Below, one piece after another: positions 23,601 through 35,600 of a stretch of 64,000 bases of DNA. Under the pieces are notes generated by a model that searched no databases, was not told the DNA's origin, and saw only the letters and a list, made by a program, of their open reading frames with translations. Position numbers and translations under genes: made by a program. Source of the stretch: Vicugna vicugna (Eukaryota). The stretch is from contig MU061045.1 of assembly GCA_013265495.1 (NCBI GenBank), forward strand, positions 372,001 to 436,000, read 5' to 3'. Within the stretch, counting starts at the first letter, position 1. Every line of letters starts with the position of its first letter.

Positions 23601-26600
23601 CCACCTCCCTCCCAGGCCCCTCCAGCTTATATACATATTGGTTTGGTTTGGTTTGATTTTGATTAGCATTTTTTTAAGTAGTCACAAAATAAACATAAAA
23701 TTTACCATCTTAACCATCTTTTAACCTGTAATTCAGTAGTGTTCCATACATTCATGTTGCACGACGGGTCCTCAGAACCTTTCATCTCACTAAACTGAAA
23801 CTCCGTGCCCTTGAAGCAGCAACTCCCCACCCCGCCCCCAGCCCCTGGCAAACCCCCTTCTACTTTCTGTCTCTGTGAACTTGAAACTGTAGGAACTTCA
23901 TGTAAGTGGAATCATGCAGTATCTGTGCTTGTGAGTGGCTTATGTAAACTAACATGTCTTCAAGGTTCATGCATATTGTATCTTGTGTCAGAATTTCCTT
24001 TTCATTGCTGAGTAATATTCCATCATGTGGTTGGACCCCCATTTTACTTACCCATTCATCCATCAATAGACAACTTGGGTTGCTTCCACCTCTTAGCTAC
24101 TGTGACTAATACTGCTATGAAGGTAGATGTACAAATATTCTTTGAGACTCTAATTTCAGTTCTTCTGTGTATAAATCCAAAAGTGGAACTGCTGGGTCAT
24201 AGGTGATTCTCTTTTTTGTCAGAGTGGGTGTGGTGGGAAGGATCCGGGCAGCGGAGCCCCCGTCGGCCTCCCAGGCTCTGTGTACTCTCGAGGAGTCGGG
24301 CTGACTGGTGGGTAAGTTCTCCTCGAGGAAACACCCTGCAGCTCACAGACTTCAGGAGCTGAAAGGCGCTCCGAGGGCCCGGGTGGTCCTTGCTGATGCC
24401 TTACAAAGACCAATGCTGGCTCAGCTGAACGTTTTTGGTTAAAATGAGAAATCCCCAGCGCAGTTTGGCTTAAGCAGAAAAGTGACTGAATTGGCATCTT
24501 GGGTTATCTCCTGTATAACAGACCTGCCAGCTTAAAGCCCCGGTTTCATTGCTTGTGATTCTGCACATAGGCAAGGCTCCTCATGGAACCTGTAGGGGTC
24601 AGGCAGCCTGGGGCTAGAAGCCTGGGGTCCTGTGTCCCAGGCCTTAGTTCTCACGGGGGACTGGGTTTTTCGGTCCTCTCGGTGTGGACAGCTAGGACCT
24701 CCCTCAGCACAGTGGTCTCAGGGTGTCCGGACTCCCTGCATAGCAGCTGGCTCTCTCCAGAGCGCAGGTGCTGGGCTGCTGGGCCTCCCTTAAGGCCACA
24801 AGTGCCGCCACACTGCTTCTGTTGCTTCTATTAGCTAAAACCTCCAGGCTCCCCCACCGCCCTCCTCACCACCCTTGAGATATCTGCTCTTCTGCCTTTC
24901 CTAAGGGGGTGCCAGCTGGTCGTTCTGGTGTCCGGCAGGATCCTGGTTGGGTCTTGGCACTGTGGTCTTGCAGTCCCACAGCCCCAACCCTCCTGTCTCT
25001 CTAGCCCTTCCTGAGGTGCACTCCTCATGGCCCAGAGAGGCAGCCACCTCCTTCTCACAACTGCTTCCTCCAGCCGTCAGCCTGTGGGGAGGGTGGCACG
25101 TTCTCAGTGGCAGCTGGCAGACCCTGGCCCAGGAGGGTGTGGCCCTGCCAGCCTGAGTGATGGCGCCTCCAGTCCCTTCCCCGTGCTCTCTGCACGGCCC
25201 TCCTGTAGCCAACGGACAGGCCCTTCTCCTGAAGGTTAAGGTGGGACTACTGGGGTCTGCACCGTCTGGCAGGCGGGCTCTCCTTGGGCCTTTGACCGCT
25301 TTCTGCTGCTGGTGCAGGTGCAAGTGCAGGCTGTGTCAGGGCCCGTCTCGTGAGCCCTTAGAACCAGTGCCCAGGGCAGCCGGGCTGTATTTCCCAGCAT
25401 GGAACCACTTTGAGCACACCACGTGTGCCCCAGGTCCGGTCAGCTGCCACCTGGCCGAATGTGAGCTATCGCTCTGGAGCTCTGGCTCAGGGACCAAGCC
25501 AGAGCCGCCAGCGTGACCAGGGCCTATTGCGTAGCTGTGTTGTTGGAACTCAGTAAGTTCTGGAGCAAAACAATGCGGGGTGTGATTCCCAGCCTTGCCT
25601 TGCACTGCTCCTTGCTCCCCAAGACAGGAAGGCCTTCACACTTGGTGCGCCTGTTCTCTGGTGGCCGTGCATAGCTGCTTCCCCTGCGACCTCGTGATGA
25701 CCAACATGGGCAAGAATGCACGTCCCCTGGTCCTGACATTCATGCCAGCCCTTACTGCAGGGTTACATCAAGAAGGCCGGCTCTCCGTGGACTTTGCCAC
25801 CACGCAGATGCTCGGGAGGGCTCCAGGGAGCTGGAGCGTGGTGAGGGAAGTGGGCCTTGCTTTGCCGCCACTGGTCCTGCCCAGCTGCCAGAGGGCCAGG
25901 TGGGAAAGCTGGGGCAGGTTCCCTGTGTCTGGGCTGCCGGCCAAGTGCAGACCTATGGGAGGGAAGATGGCACCACTGTGTGAGCCACACAGTTGTGTGG
26001 CTGTTGGCACGAAGAGCTCGTGGCCTTTATAAGTGTGCGCCCCGGGAGGGGCGGGGTCTTGTCCCAGGGGTCTGTCTCTGAGTGCCTGGGTCTGCAGGCT
26101 CGGTCATTCCAGTGATTGATGCTTTGTCCCACTTTCTGACTTGCAGCTATTTGAAGTCGCTTGGAGAGTCTTAGCAGATTATACTTTAACTGAAAGTTAA
26201 ATCACTCCCTTTACTCACAGGTCATTTACCAGTGGCCTATTTTTCTTCCTAGGAGCAGTGGTTCAAGATATTGTTTGAATGACCAGTATTTTAAATGGCT
26301 GAGTCTGTGTCTATTCTCCAGTGAATAAAAGCAAGGTAGATGTTATATTTCTTTTTTCTTTCTTCCAGGCAAGCCAATTTTTTCAGTTGATATTCACCCT
26401 GACGGAACCAAGTTCGCAACTGGAGGACAAGGTATGTTGACAGAGCACTAGAGGGGCTCCTGCCCGCTGCCGTGCCTTACTGCCCCCGGTGGCCCACGAG
26501 CTGGAGAGAGGATGTGCTGATCTTCAGAACGGATGTGACAGTTTACATCTGAACAGGCCACCTCAAAACCTGTTTTTGGCCCCAGTGTGCTCTGTAAATA

Positions 26601-29600
26601 TTTTGGTGGCAGGTTTATCTTCATGACTCCTATTGATTGGGTTAATACTGAAATCAGTCTACATCCCGGGCCCAACCTGATTGAGCATGGAGAGTGGCCC
26701 GGCCCCGGAGGCAAGGGCTCTGGGTCCCTTGTCAGAGCTCCGGCAGCATTTTCTCACCCCAGGAGGGAGGAGGTGGTTGAATAATGAAGTCAGTTATGTA
26801 GTTATTAGGCCCATTTTCTGGGCTCAGAGAAGCTCGACTGGAGTTCCACTGCATCACCCAGGAGCTCTGGGCCTGGCTGGGGGGCCGGGGTTTTCTCCTT
26901 GTCTGCCAGAGGAGCTGCACCTCCCACCTACTCGGTGTAGGAAGGCCCAGGAGAGCCGCCCAGAAAGTGTGCTGAGCGGGCCAGGTAGCAACTTCAGGTG
27001 TGCTTAATGGAAATTTTGATGCATCCATTTCCAGGCATTTTCAGGTCCTGCCATTGATGACACAAAGTTAGGTGAGGGCCGCCCTTTTGTCAGTTGTCAG
27101 TAACGGAAGTCAGAAAGAGAAGCCATTATGGAAAGGCAAAGCAGAGTGTACATCACCTTATGACCCCAGGAACCCTGAATGCCCTCTTAGTTGACGTCCC
27201 ATCTATAGGTGACTGCAAAGGGCCGATGAGGTCATGATCTGTCCCCTCTCTTGTGTGAGGGCCCATTTCAGACTTGGTTCTCAAAGCATCCGGGCAGCTG
27301 TGGGAGCAGCAGCTGGGCTGCCCGAGCGCAGAGCCGGGGGCACTCCGGGACGTCGGCTTTTCCAGCCTCTTTGCATTACAGATGAGGGTCTGTGTCCTGG
27401 GTGGGGGTGAGGACCTTCATGGGGCCCCTGGTGGATCCGTGTTAGAGGCCAGACTGGAGTTGAGTCCAGGGTTGTTCCTTTAGAGTCAGGCTGTCCTCAG
27501 CCTCCTCCCGAGTCTGCCATTTCTGATCCCTGGCCCGCATTTCCCCTTACTTGTGCCTGTGATGTCCGTGAGCAATTCTGGTTCCTCTGATCTGGTTACC
27601 CCTGACTTGGGACAGCTGAGTGAAGACAGTCACAGGCTCCTGCTGGCACTCCTTACACATTGGGTTGTTTCTGCTCCNNNNNNNNNNNNNNNNNNNNNNN
27701 NNNNNNNNNNNNNNNNNNNNNNNNNNNNNNNNNNNNNNNNNNNNNNNNNNNNNNNNNNNNNNNNNNNNNNNNNNNNNNNNNNNNNNNNNNNNNNNNNNNN
27801 NNNNNNNNNNNNNNNNNTGCAGGCTTTGCGTGTCGGCACAGTGCCCAAGGTTAGCACGCGTGTCTGTGACTAGTGCGGCGGTAGCCCCCTCGGCCTGCCG
27901 TCTGAAGGCACAGATGCTGCTGCACGCCTGGGNNNNNNNNNNNNNNNNNNNNNNNNNNNNNNNNNNNNNNNNNNNNNNNNNNNNNNNNNNNNNNNNNNNN
28001 NNNNNNNNNNNNNNNNNNNNNNNNNNNNNNNNNNNNNNNNNNNNNNNNNNNNNNNNNNNNNNNNGCAGTAGGGATCTGGGGAAGGGTGCCCAAGAGACAG
28101 CTCACCACAGTCTCAGAAGGCCACCATGTGGCTCCCGGGCCCCTGCTGGCACCTGTGGCCTTTGGACAGTGTTGTGGTTTCCTGTCCTGTGTTCATGCCT
28201 GGGTCTCCAGCCCCTGCACCTCAGGGTAGCTGTACCTGGCTCTGGTCCCCACCTCACCGCCTCCCTGAGATGCTCCCTAGCCATTGTGTCCCCTTCCTTT
28301 GCACTGCACCCTCCTGCTCTCCCGGCCTCGGTGTCCTCTGGCCGGAGCACAAGTCACTCACAGGCCACGTGTGGACCACACATTGTAACATCCCTCCTGT
28401 CACGGGGCTTCCCAAGGCCCTGAACCACCAGGACCAGAGAGGTTCTGCTGCTCTCAGTTTATAAGTGCAGGACCAGTCTACCTGCAGTGCTGACAAGTTT
28501 GGGAGATCTGGATTTAAAAGAGCTGATAGGTGGCTTGGAGTCAGAGTTTTATGCTCTACCAAGCCACTCCCCTGAAAGTTCTGGAAAAGGCACCTAGACG
28601 TTTTTAGCAAATGCCCTCATTGCAAGAATTCTCTCTACTTGGAAAGATCTACTGTCATCATTAGGCTGCCCTTTTGAAATGATGGGATTTAGTTATTTAT
28701 CAGTTTCCCTGGAAATGAGCCTCCCTCTGCCGACTGATCCAGCGCTGCCACTTCTCAGATAACATAGCTTCCCCTCCAGACCTTGCTCTGGCTCATTCTT
28801 GCAGCATGAGTAGGTCAGTGCTTGAACGGGGTGGTTCTTCGGGGGCCCTCACACCACAGGTGCCTGGAGGAGATGAGGCGGGTTAGGTTTTGTGAACCCT
28901 CTGCATCTTGCCAAATGGCANNNNNNNNNNNNNNNNNNNNNNNNNNNNNNNNNNNNNNNNNNNNNNNNNNNNNNNNNNNNNNNNNNNNNNNNNNNNNNNN
29001 NNNNNNNNNNNNNNNNNNNNNNNNNNNNNNNNNNNNNNNNNNNNNNNNNNNNNNNNNNNNNNNNNNNNNNNNNNNNNNNNNNNNNNNNNNNNNNNNNNNN
29101 NTTTTAGAAGCTTCTTTGCTGGTCTCCATCACAGCACTTTCCTCCTACTGGCACCAGTCCCCAGGGCTCAACTGGGGCCTGAGCAGGAAGGCAGGTGCCC
29201 CCAGCTGCCTGGGGACCTGCTCAGCGCCCCTTTTGGGGCTGCAGGGCTTCTGCTTGAAAGGGAGGATTAATCCCTACCGGGGCTGACGTCGGTGGCTCCC
29301 TTGTTCTGTCCTTCAGATGAAGCCCCCAACACAGATGGTGAAGTCAGGGTGCTCTGACGGAATCCTGGGCAGGAGTGTGGGCCACCCTTGTGGCTGTTCC
29401 CCTTTATCTGGCAGCCTCTCCTGGGGTCCTGGGGAGCCCCCGCTGTCCCTAAAAACCCCTGTTCTGCACCCACGATGCACTCACACCTCCTGGAGACTGT
29501 CCTGTGAACCTAGGCCGAGTCCCTCAGGCTGGGTCCTGGGATACCGGGGCCACCAGACTGGGGACCAGACCCTCCCCTCCTGCTCAGCTGGAGTGGCCTC

Positions 29601-32600
29601 TGGCCATGGCTTGGAAAGGAAAGACTGTCTCCTTCGGCCCAGCCAGCTGCTCCTGTGAGCTCTTCCCTGGGGCTCAGGAGGACTTACAGGAGTGAAGAGG
29701 CTCATTGATGCCACACCTGCAGGACCCAGGACTGCTTGTGGGGCAGAAGCCACGCCCCTGGCTGAGCACTTCTGTGCCTCAGCTCTGATGGCAGAGGTGT
29801 TCAAGTCATTACAGGAGGGCTGGAAAGTTGCTCCTGAAGCTGTTGCTTAGCCAACATGAACAGCACATTTGGTACACAATTCGGAAATCTGAACAAATGT
29901 TAAAGAAAAGCACCACAATCCCACCACCTAAGAAAAGCCACGGTTAATATGTTGGAATTTTTCCTGTGTGTCCTTCTGGTCCACCTTCCATGCGAAGATG
30001 GTGCGTGTGGTCTCCTGTTCTCCACGACGGCCTGCAGGCTGCTGCTGTCACTAGTTATACCCTAGGGTGGGTCCTGCGTGGCAGCTATGCGGTGTTCCCC
30101 CTGGGCACAGACCCTCCCTTGCCTAGTCAGCCCTGTTCTCCAGCGGGGCACCCCGCAATCACGGTCTGTCTGTCTGCTGTGTGGTGCCGGGGTTCTGGGG
30201 CGCCCTCCTGACCCCCCTTTCATGCAGGTACATCGGGCCCAGCACCGTGCTCGGCTCCAGCGGCGAGCTGGCCAACGTGGAGCAGTGGCGATGTGTGTCC
30301 ATCCTGCGGAGCCACTCAGGGGGTGAGTGGGCGGTCCAGGGGTGGGCGGCCCCAGGGCTGCCTGGGTCCTGAGAACAGCCCTGAGCTTGGGCCACCCTCC
30401 CCATCACCGTCGGTCAGACCTTGCCATCCCTCGAAGTCCGTGTAGTCACCGTCCCCACTCCTGCCTTCATGGGGTGTATGTTTGTATCTTTAATGTAGAA
30501 CTCCCCACGTTCCGCTGTTTATCCTGATGAACTGAGTCACTACCTCCATCAGTGGATCACTCAGTCCGTAAGCGCACTTTATTTATTCCACAGAAATCCG
30601 CACACTGGGGCCACCAGAAGGCTTTTTACCTGACTTTGCATGTGTATGCAGAGTGTTTGAAGTAGATTTGGTGTGGAAGGAGACGGTTGTTCAGACGGGA
30701 CTGAAGCTGATAGCGCTCAGTTAGATGCCAGGGCTGCCTCAGAGAGCCCACGGTCCAGCCAGGAGTGGCCAGAAGGGTTTGCCAGGCAGGGCAGCAGAGG
30801 CCAGAGAGGCTTGGTGTCAGAGCAGGTTGGCGGCATCAGCACTGCTGGGTCTTGCCATGTGACGTGCAAGACAGCGAACATGGGGCCAGGGTGGGGAAGG
30901 CTTGAGCTGCTGGTTCACGAGGGTGTTCTTCATCTGGGAAGAGGCAGGAGGTGGAAGCGGGGCATCTGCTGGCAGTGCAGCAGGGTAAGCAGTTTCAGTG
31001 GTTTGGACGAAAGCTGCAAGGGCCCAAGCCGGGCCTTTGACAGCTGGGGCGGGAGACTGGGGCTTCGTAGGGCAGAGCAGGTGCCACCCTGCAGAGCTGG
31101 TGGTACAGACATGTGGCTTACCCTTACCTGCCCACAGGGCTCATAGTGGGGTCCTAGATGAGCCTCCCTGGAGTGCGGACAAGGGTCTGTGAGGTCATCC
31201 AAGCGTAGGGCGGGGCTCCCATGAGGATGCTCCTAGGGCCTCTCACCTGAGACCCTGGCTGAGCCATGACCTCGAACCTCTCCTGAGCTACCCCCCGGGC
31301 TCCCCTCCCAGGCGGCGGGGCTGCCCACCTTCAGCAGGTACCTGCCACTCCTTTGCGTGGTCCTGGTAGCAGGTGTGGGCAGAACCATTTAAGAAGGAAA
31401 AAAGAAAATCCGTGAAAAAGCAGAAATACATGAATAGAAAGCATTGGTCTTTGAAAGTTAAGTGTGAAAAACATATACTTCGCACATTTAATCGGGATAG
31501 GAGAAAAAAAACCATAGAAAAAATTAGAAATAAAAGGTCTAAAAACATACTTAACCCACAGGGAAAAAAGACAACAAAGAGAGCACAATGTGATGTTTAT
31601 AGTATTGGACTGAAAAACCAAACAAAATACTAAGAGGAATGGAGTTTTCTAAAAAACACTTGTTTTCAAAATGGATACAGTAGGGTTAGGAAAATCTGAA
31701 CAAAGTAGAAACTATTGAAGAAGCTGGAAGTTACCTTCAGAAATGGCTCCTGATCCTGAGTTATTTGTCGATGTGTTGTTTCAAACAATTAAGAAAAACT
31801 GTCCTGGAACATAGAAATATTTATTCTTCAAAGGAAGCTATTACCCTGCATTTCCAAAACCTAATAAACAATAATGAGACAAAAGCATAGACAAATATGA
31901 ATAAAGCTAGAGAAATCACAAACAGAATACTTGTGAATTTAGGAGCATTTTAAAGCAGTCACTTATTTTGACTAAATGTGATTTACAATGGGAGAATTCT
32001 GTGTAACGTTCTCTTTTAACTGTCTTAACACACCAGGAGGTTAAGTGAGAGATGCCAGAGTTATCCTGGGAGGTGTTCTGAAAGGAGTATTAGATCATTC
32101 AGCATCAATTCCCAATACAAATGCTTTTTAAAAATGGCTGTAGAAAGCTGGTTCCTTCACATCATAAGAGTCAGCCTGGGGCAGGTGTTACAGCTCATGG
32201 CCTGTTCCCACTGACACAGAGCAGAGCCAGGTGTGGGCGCTAGCACTCCGTGTATTACTCGGGAAGTTATGCAGTCCAGCCAAACAGAACCAGAAGAAGG
32301 AGACAGACTGCAGGATAACCCCACTGTGAGCTGGTGTGAGGATGGCGGCGTTGCACATCAGGGAAGCCCGAGGAGTGAAGCCCTTACAGCTTAGAAACCA
32401 TCGAAAAACACTTCGGGCTCATAAAGATGAGTCATGGAACTGGCCTCATCTAAGGAGATTTTTAATTGTCTTTCACTAGTAACAGCCAGTTGGATGGAGT
32501 AGCTGATGATAAAAAGAGACCCCTCACACAGTAGGATCAAAAATCATAAATACTCAGGAATAATTTTCCCAAGAAATGTGTGAGAGGTCTGAGACTTAAG

Positions 32601-35600
32601 CCGCAAATCTTTTTTGAGAAATGAAATGACCACTTCATCAGTGGAAAGACTAAATATTTTTAAAATAAAGATGTTATTTTTTCCCGAAGTAATATTTATT
32701 ATTCATTTAACAAATAATTATTGAGTGCCTGGTATATTCCAGGTGCTGTTCCACCCCCAGGGAGTTCACATTCTTGTGAGAGAGACAGTCAACAAGCCAC
32801 GAAAGACCCTGGAAGATAAGTGCAGTTTTACTCAGATTCCAAGGAGGGTCTCACTGAGAAGGTGGCTTCCTAGGGGAGACCACACGAAGGTGAGGGGACA
32901 CCTGTGTGGGCATCCAGAGAGCTTTCCAGGAGGAGGGAGCAACCAGGGTAACAGCCCTGGGGTGTACACACGTGCTTGGTGGGTTGAGGGACGACTCCGG
33001 ACTGTGGCCTTAGCGGTGGAAGGGGTGTGGGTGCCGTCCTGCAAGGCGGGGTGTGGCCTCACGGAGAGGCTGCTGGGTGAGTGGGCCTAGTAGCTGGGCA
33101 TTTGGGTATGTGGGCGCTGAATCAGGGGAGAAGTGTGGGTGGGAGCAGAGGCCTAGGGTGGAGCCCGAGTCAGAAGAGAGCAAACTGCAGGTATTTGTTG
33201 CTTTGAGGCCAGGACTGAGCACTGGGCTTGACGACCACCAGCAGCCCCAGCAGATGTAGCTCATGCCCGTGCTATCAGGTGAAGGCCTGAGGGGAGGAGC
33301 CAGGGGAGACCAGGTGGGGTGGGGCTGGGCGGAGGCAGCTGGTCTTGTCAGGGGCTTATGAGGACAGGAGGGTGACGGGGAGGCCCACAGTGGGTGGTGG
33401 ACGCCCAGCTCCAAGCGGTGTCTGCAATGGAGAGGCTGCTGCACCCAGAAGACCTGTCAGAGAGTGGGCCAGAGCCACCGAGCTGGTGGGGGGCGTGGGA
33501 CGCGGGAATGAGGCCAGGCCGGGTCACGGTGACCTTTCAGGGATGGTCTCTGGGCATGACCAGGGGAACGAGTAGCCGTGGCCATGGAAACCAAGGTCAC
33601 GGGAGCTGGTGGAGGAGGTCAGGGTGTTAGAAGACCATCTGCTTGGACTCACCCAGAATGGTAGTGGAGAGTTGGCAGGAACGTCAGTGACCAGAAACGT
33701 AAATTGAGTGCAGGGAGGGTCCAGGTGTGTGCAGAGCCATGGTGAGAAGAGGGCTGGGGTGGTCTGAAGACAGACGCTCCAAACCTGGGGTTCTGGAGGA
33801 AGTCGTGTCACGTGAGTGGGTCTGCCGCACGACTCAGCACGACTCCAGAGGGCGTCTGGAAGAATGAGCAGGGACCTGGAAGAACTTCAGTGCTGGGCAG
33901 AGGCAACCACGTCGAAGTAGGCTTCAGTGCACCTGAGCACCTGGCGTGTCATGAAGGCCACATTGATGGTCGGTGATGTCGGGAGAGGGTCGCTCCCGGC
34001 ATGAGGTAGCAAGCAGCTCTTGGTGTGTGTGAGAAGACAGTGACCTCGAGCCTCAGCTGAAGACAGCACAGTGGACTCTAGACATTAGAGAAGCGTTCTA
34101 AGTCTCACCCGGAGGCCTTTCTGGAGGCACCGCAGAGCAGGACCGCAGGGAGATGCCGCGGGGTGCGCATCTGCCCTCCCAGCTCTCAGGCCTCCCTTTG
34201 TGGACCCTGCATTTACATCAGAGCCGCTGGCACAGAAGACCTCCCAGCAGAGGGTAGGAGCAGGGGTTGTCCACAGAGACGACCTCAGACACAGAAGTAA
34301 AAAGCCTGCACTTCTGCTGCAAGTTAAAGTAAAATTTAAAATATAAAAGTGTGCTTAATAAGTGAGAAGGGGAAATCAGAATCCTCCAGCTAATAAGGGA
34401 GGTTTGAAACGGACGTTCTGCTGATGACAGCAGGAGGTCACAGGGTCTTGGTGAAGCCATCTGTGGCATTGAGAGGAGCTAGACTCAGGAGCCAGAAGCT
34501 GATCCAGTGCTCCACCCCGATTCCTGCTGTGCGTGATTGGCCTCAGAGAGGACTCCAGGGTGCGCTCCTAGTCTGAGGCCCCAGGCCCAGCCCTCTGCAG
34601 AGCCAGGCCGGGTGTGGAGGTGGGCCCTGATCCCCGGACATGGTACGCAGTCAGAGCCTGCGTGACGGGCTGTCGCCAGGCTGCCTCCGAAGATGTAAAG
34701 TCCTCTGAGAGAAGGACTAGCCAGCCCCTGACTCACTGCTGGGCATTCCCTCACCACCCCGCCATCTCCCGCGCCCGGCGAGGTGGGCACAGCTGGCCTG
34801 TGTCACCGCCCTGCTGTGTATTGCCATGTCTTTGTCTCATCCTCAGGGTAACCCTTAGGGGCTGGTGGTTTCTGTTCCATGTTTTGCAGACTTAAAAGCG
34901 AGTCAGACAGGAGCGCGATGAGTCGTGTGGGGGGCCGCAGGGATGGAGCCTCGGGGACTGGGCCACGGGGGGCGGGTCCCTCTTGAAGCAGGCCGGGCTG
35001 CTGAGCTCTGACGTGTGCCAGGTGTCCTGCCAGGTGCCTGACGCCCCCTGGGGACATCCCGGTTGGGAGCGGAGAAGCCAGCTTAGCGGTTCAGGGCTGA
35101 AAACCCGGTGGGTGTGGGTGGGCTCCCACAGCGGGCGGAGGCCACAGGGTGCTGTAGGTTCTGTGGCCAGAGGAAGAACCTAGGGGGAAGTTTCTCAGGT
35201 TGGTTCGTAAAGTCCAGTGAGGATGGGCCCAGGTTGGGTCTCCTCAGCAGTGAGAAGCCGCGGGCTACTGAGCCCGCTGGTGGACAGGGTGGTCCCCAGG
35301 GCCCCTTCCTGAGTCTGTGGGCCCGATAAGAGACTCACTGCCAGCCCTTGTCTTCCAGACGTGATGGACGTAGCGTGGTCGCCCCATGACGCCTGGCTGG
35401 CCTCGTGCAGCGTGGACAACACCGTCGTCATCTGGAATGCTGTGAAGTTCCCAGGTCTGGCCTCCTCTGACTGGCGGCCTGTCCGCAGCACTGCCTGATG
35501 GTGTCTGGAGTGGAGGGGGCTCCACCTCCGTCTGCCAGTAGCAGCAGAGTCTCACAGTCACTTGGTTCTAATTTATCAGTTACATTCAAGGTTTAAAAAG

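Noticed and set aside
27553-29286. Long ORFs containing X runs
   Set aside because: Artefacts of translating through N gaps.
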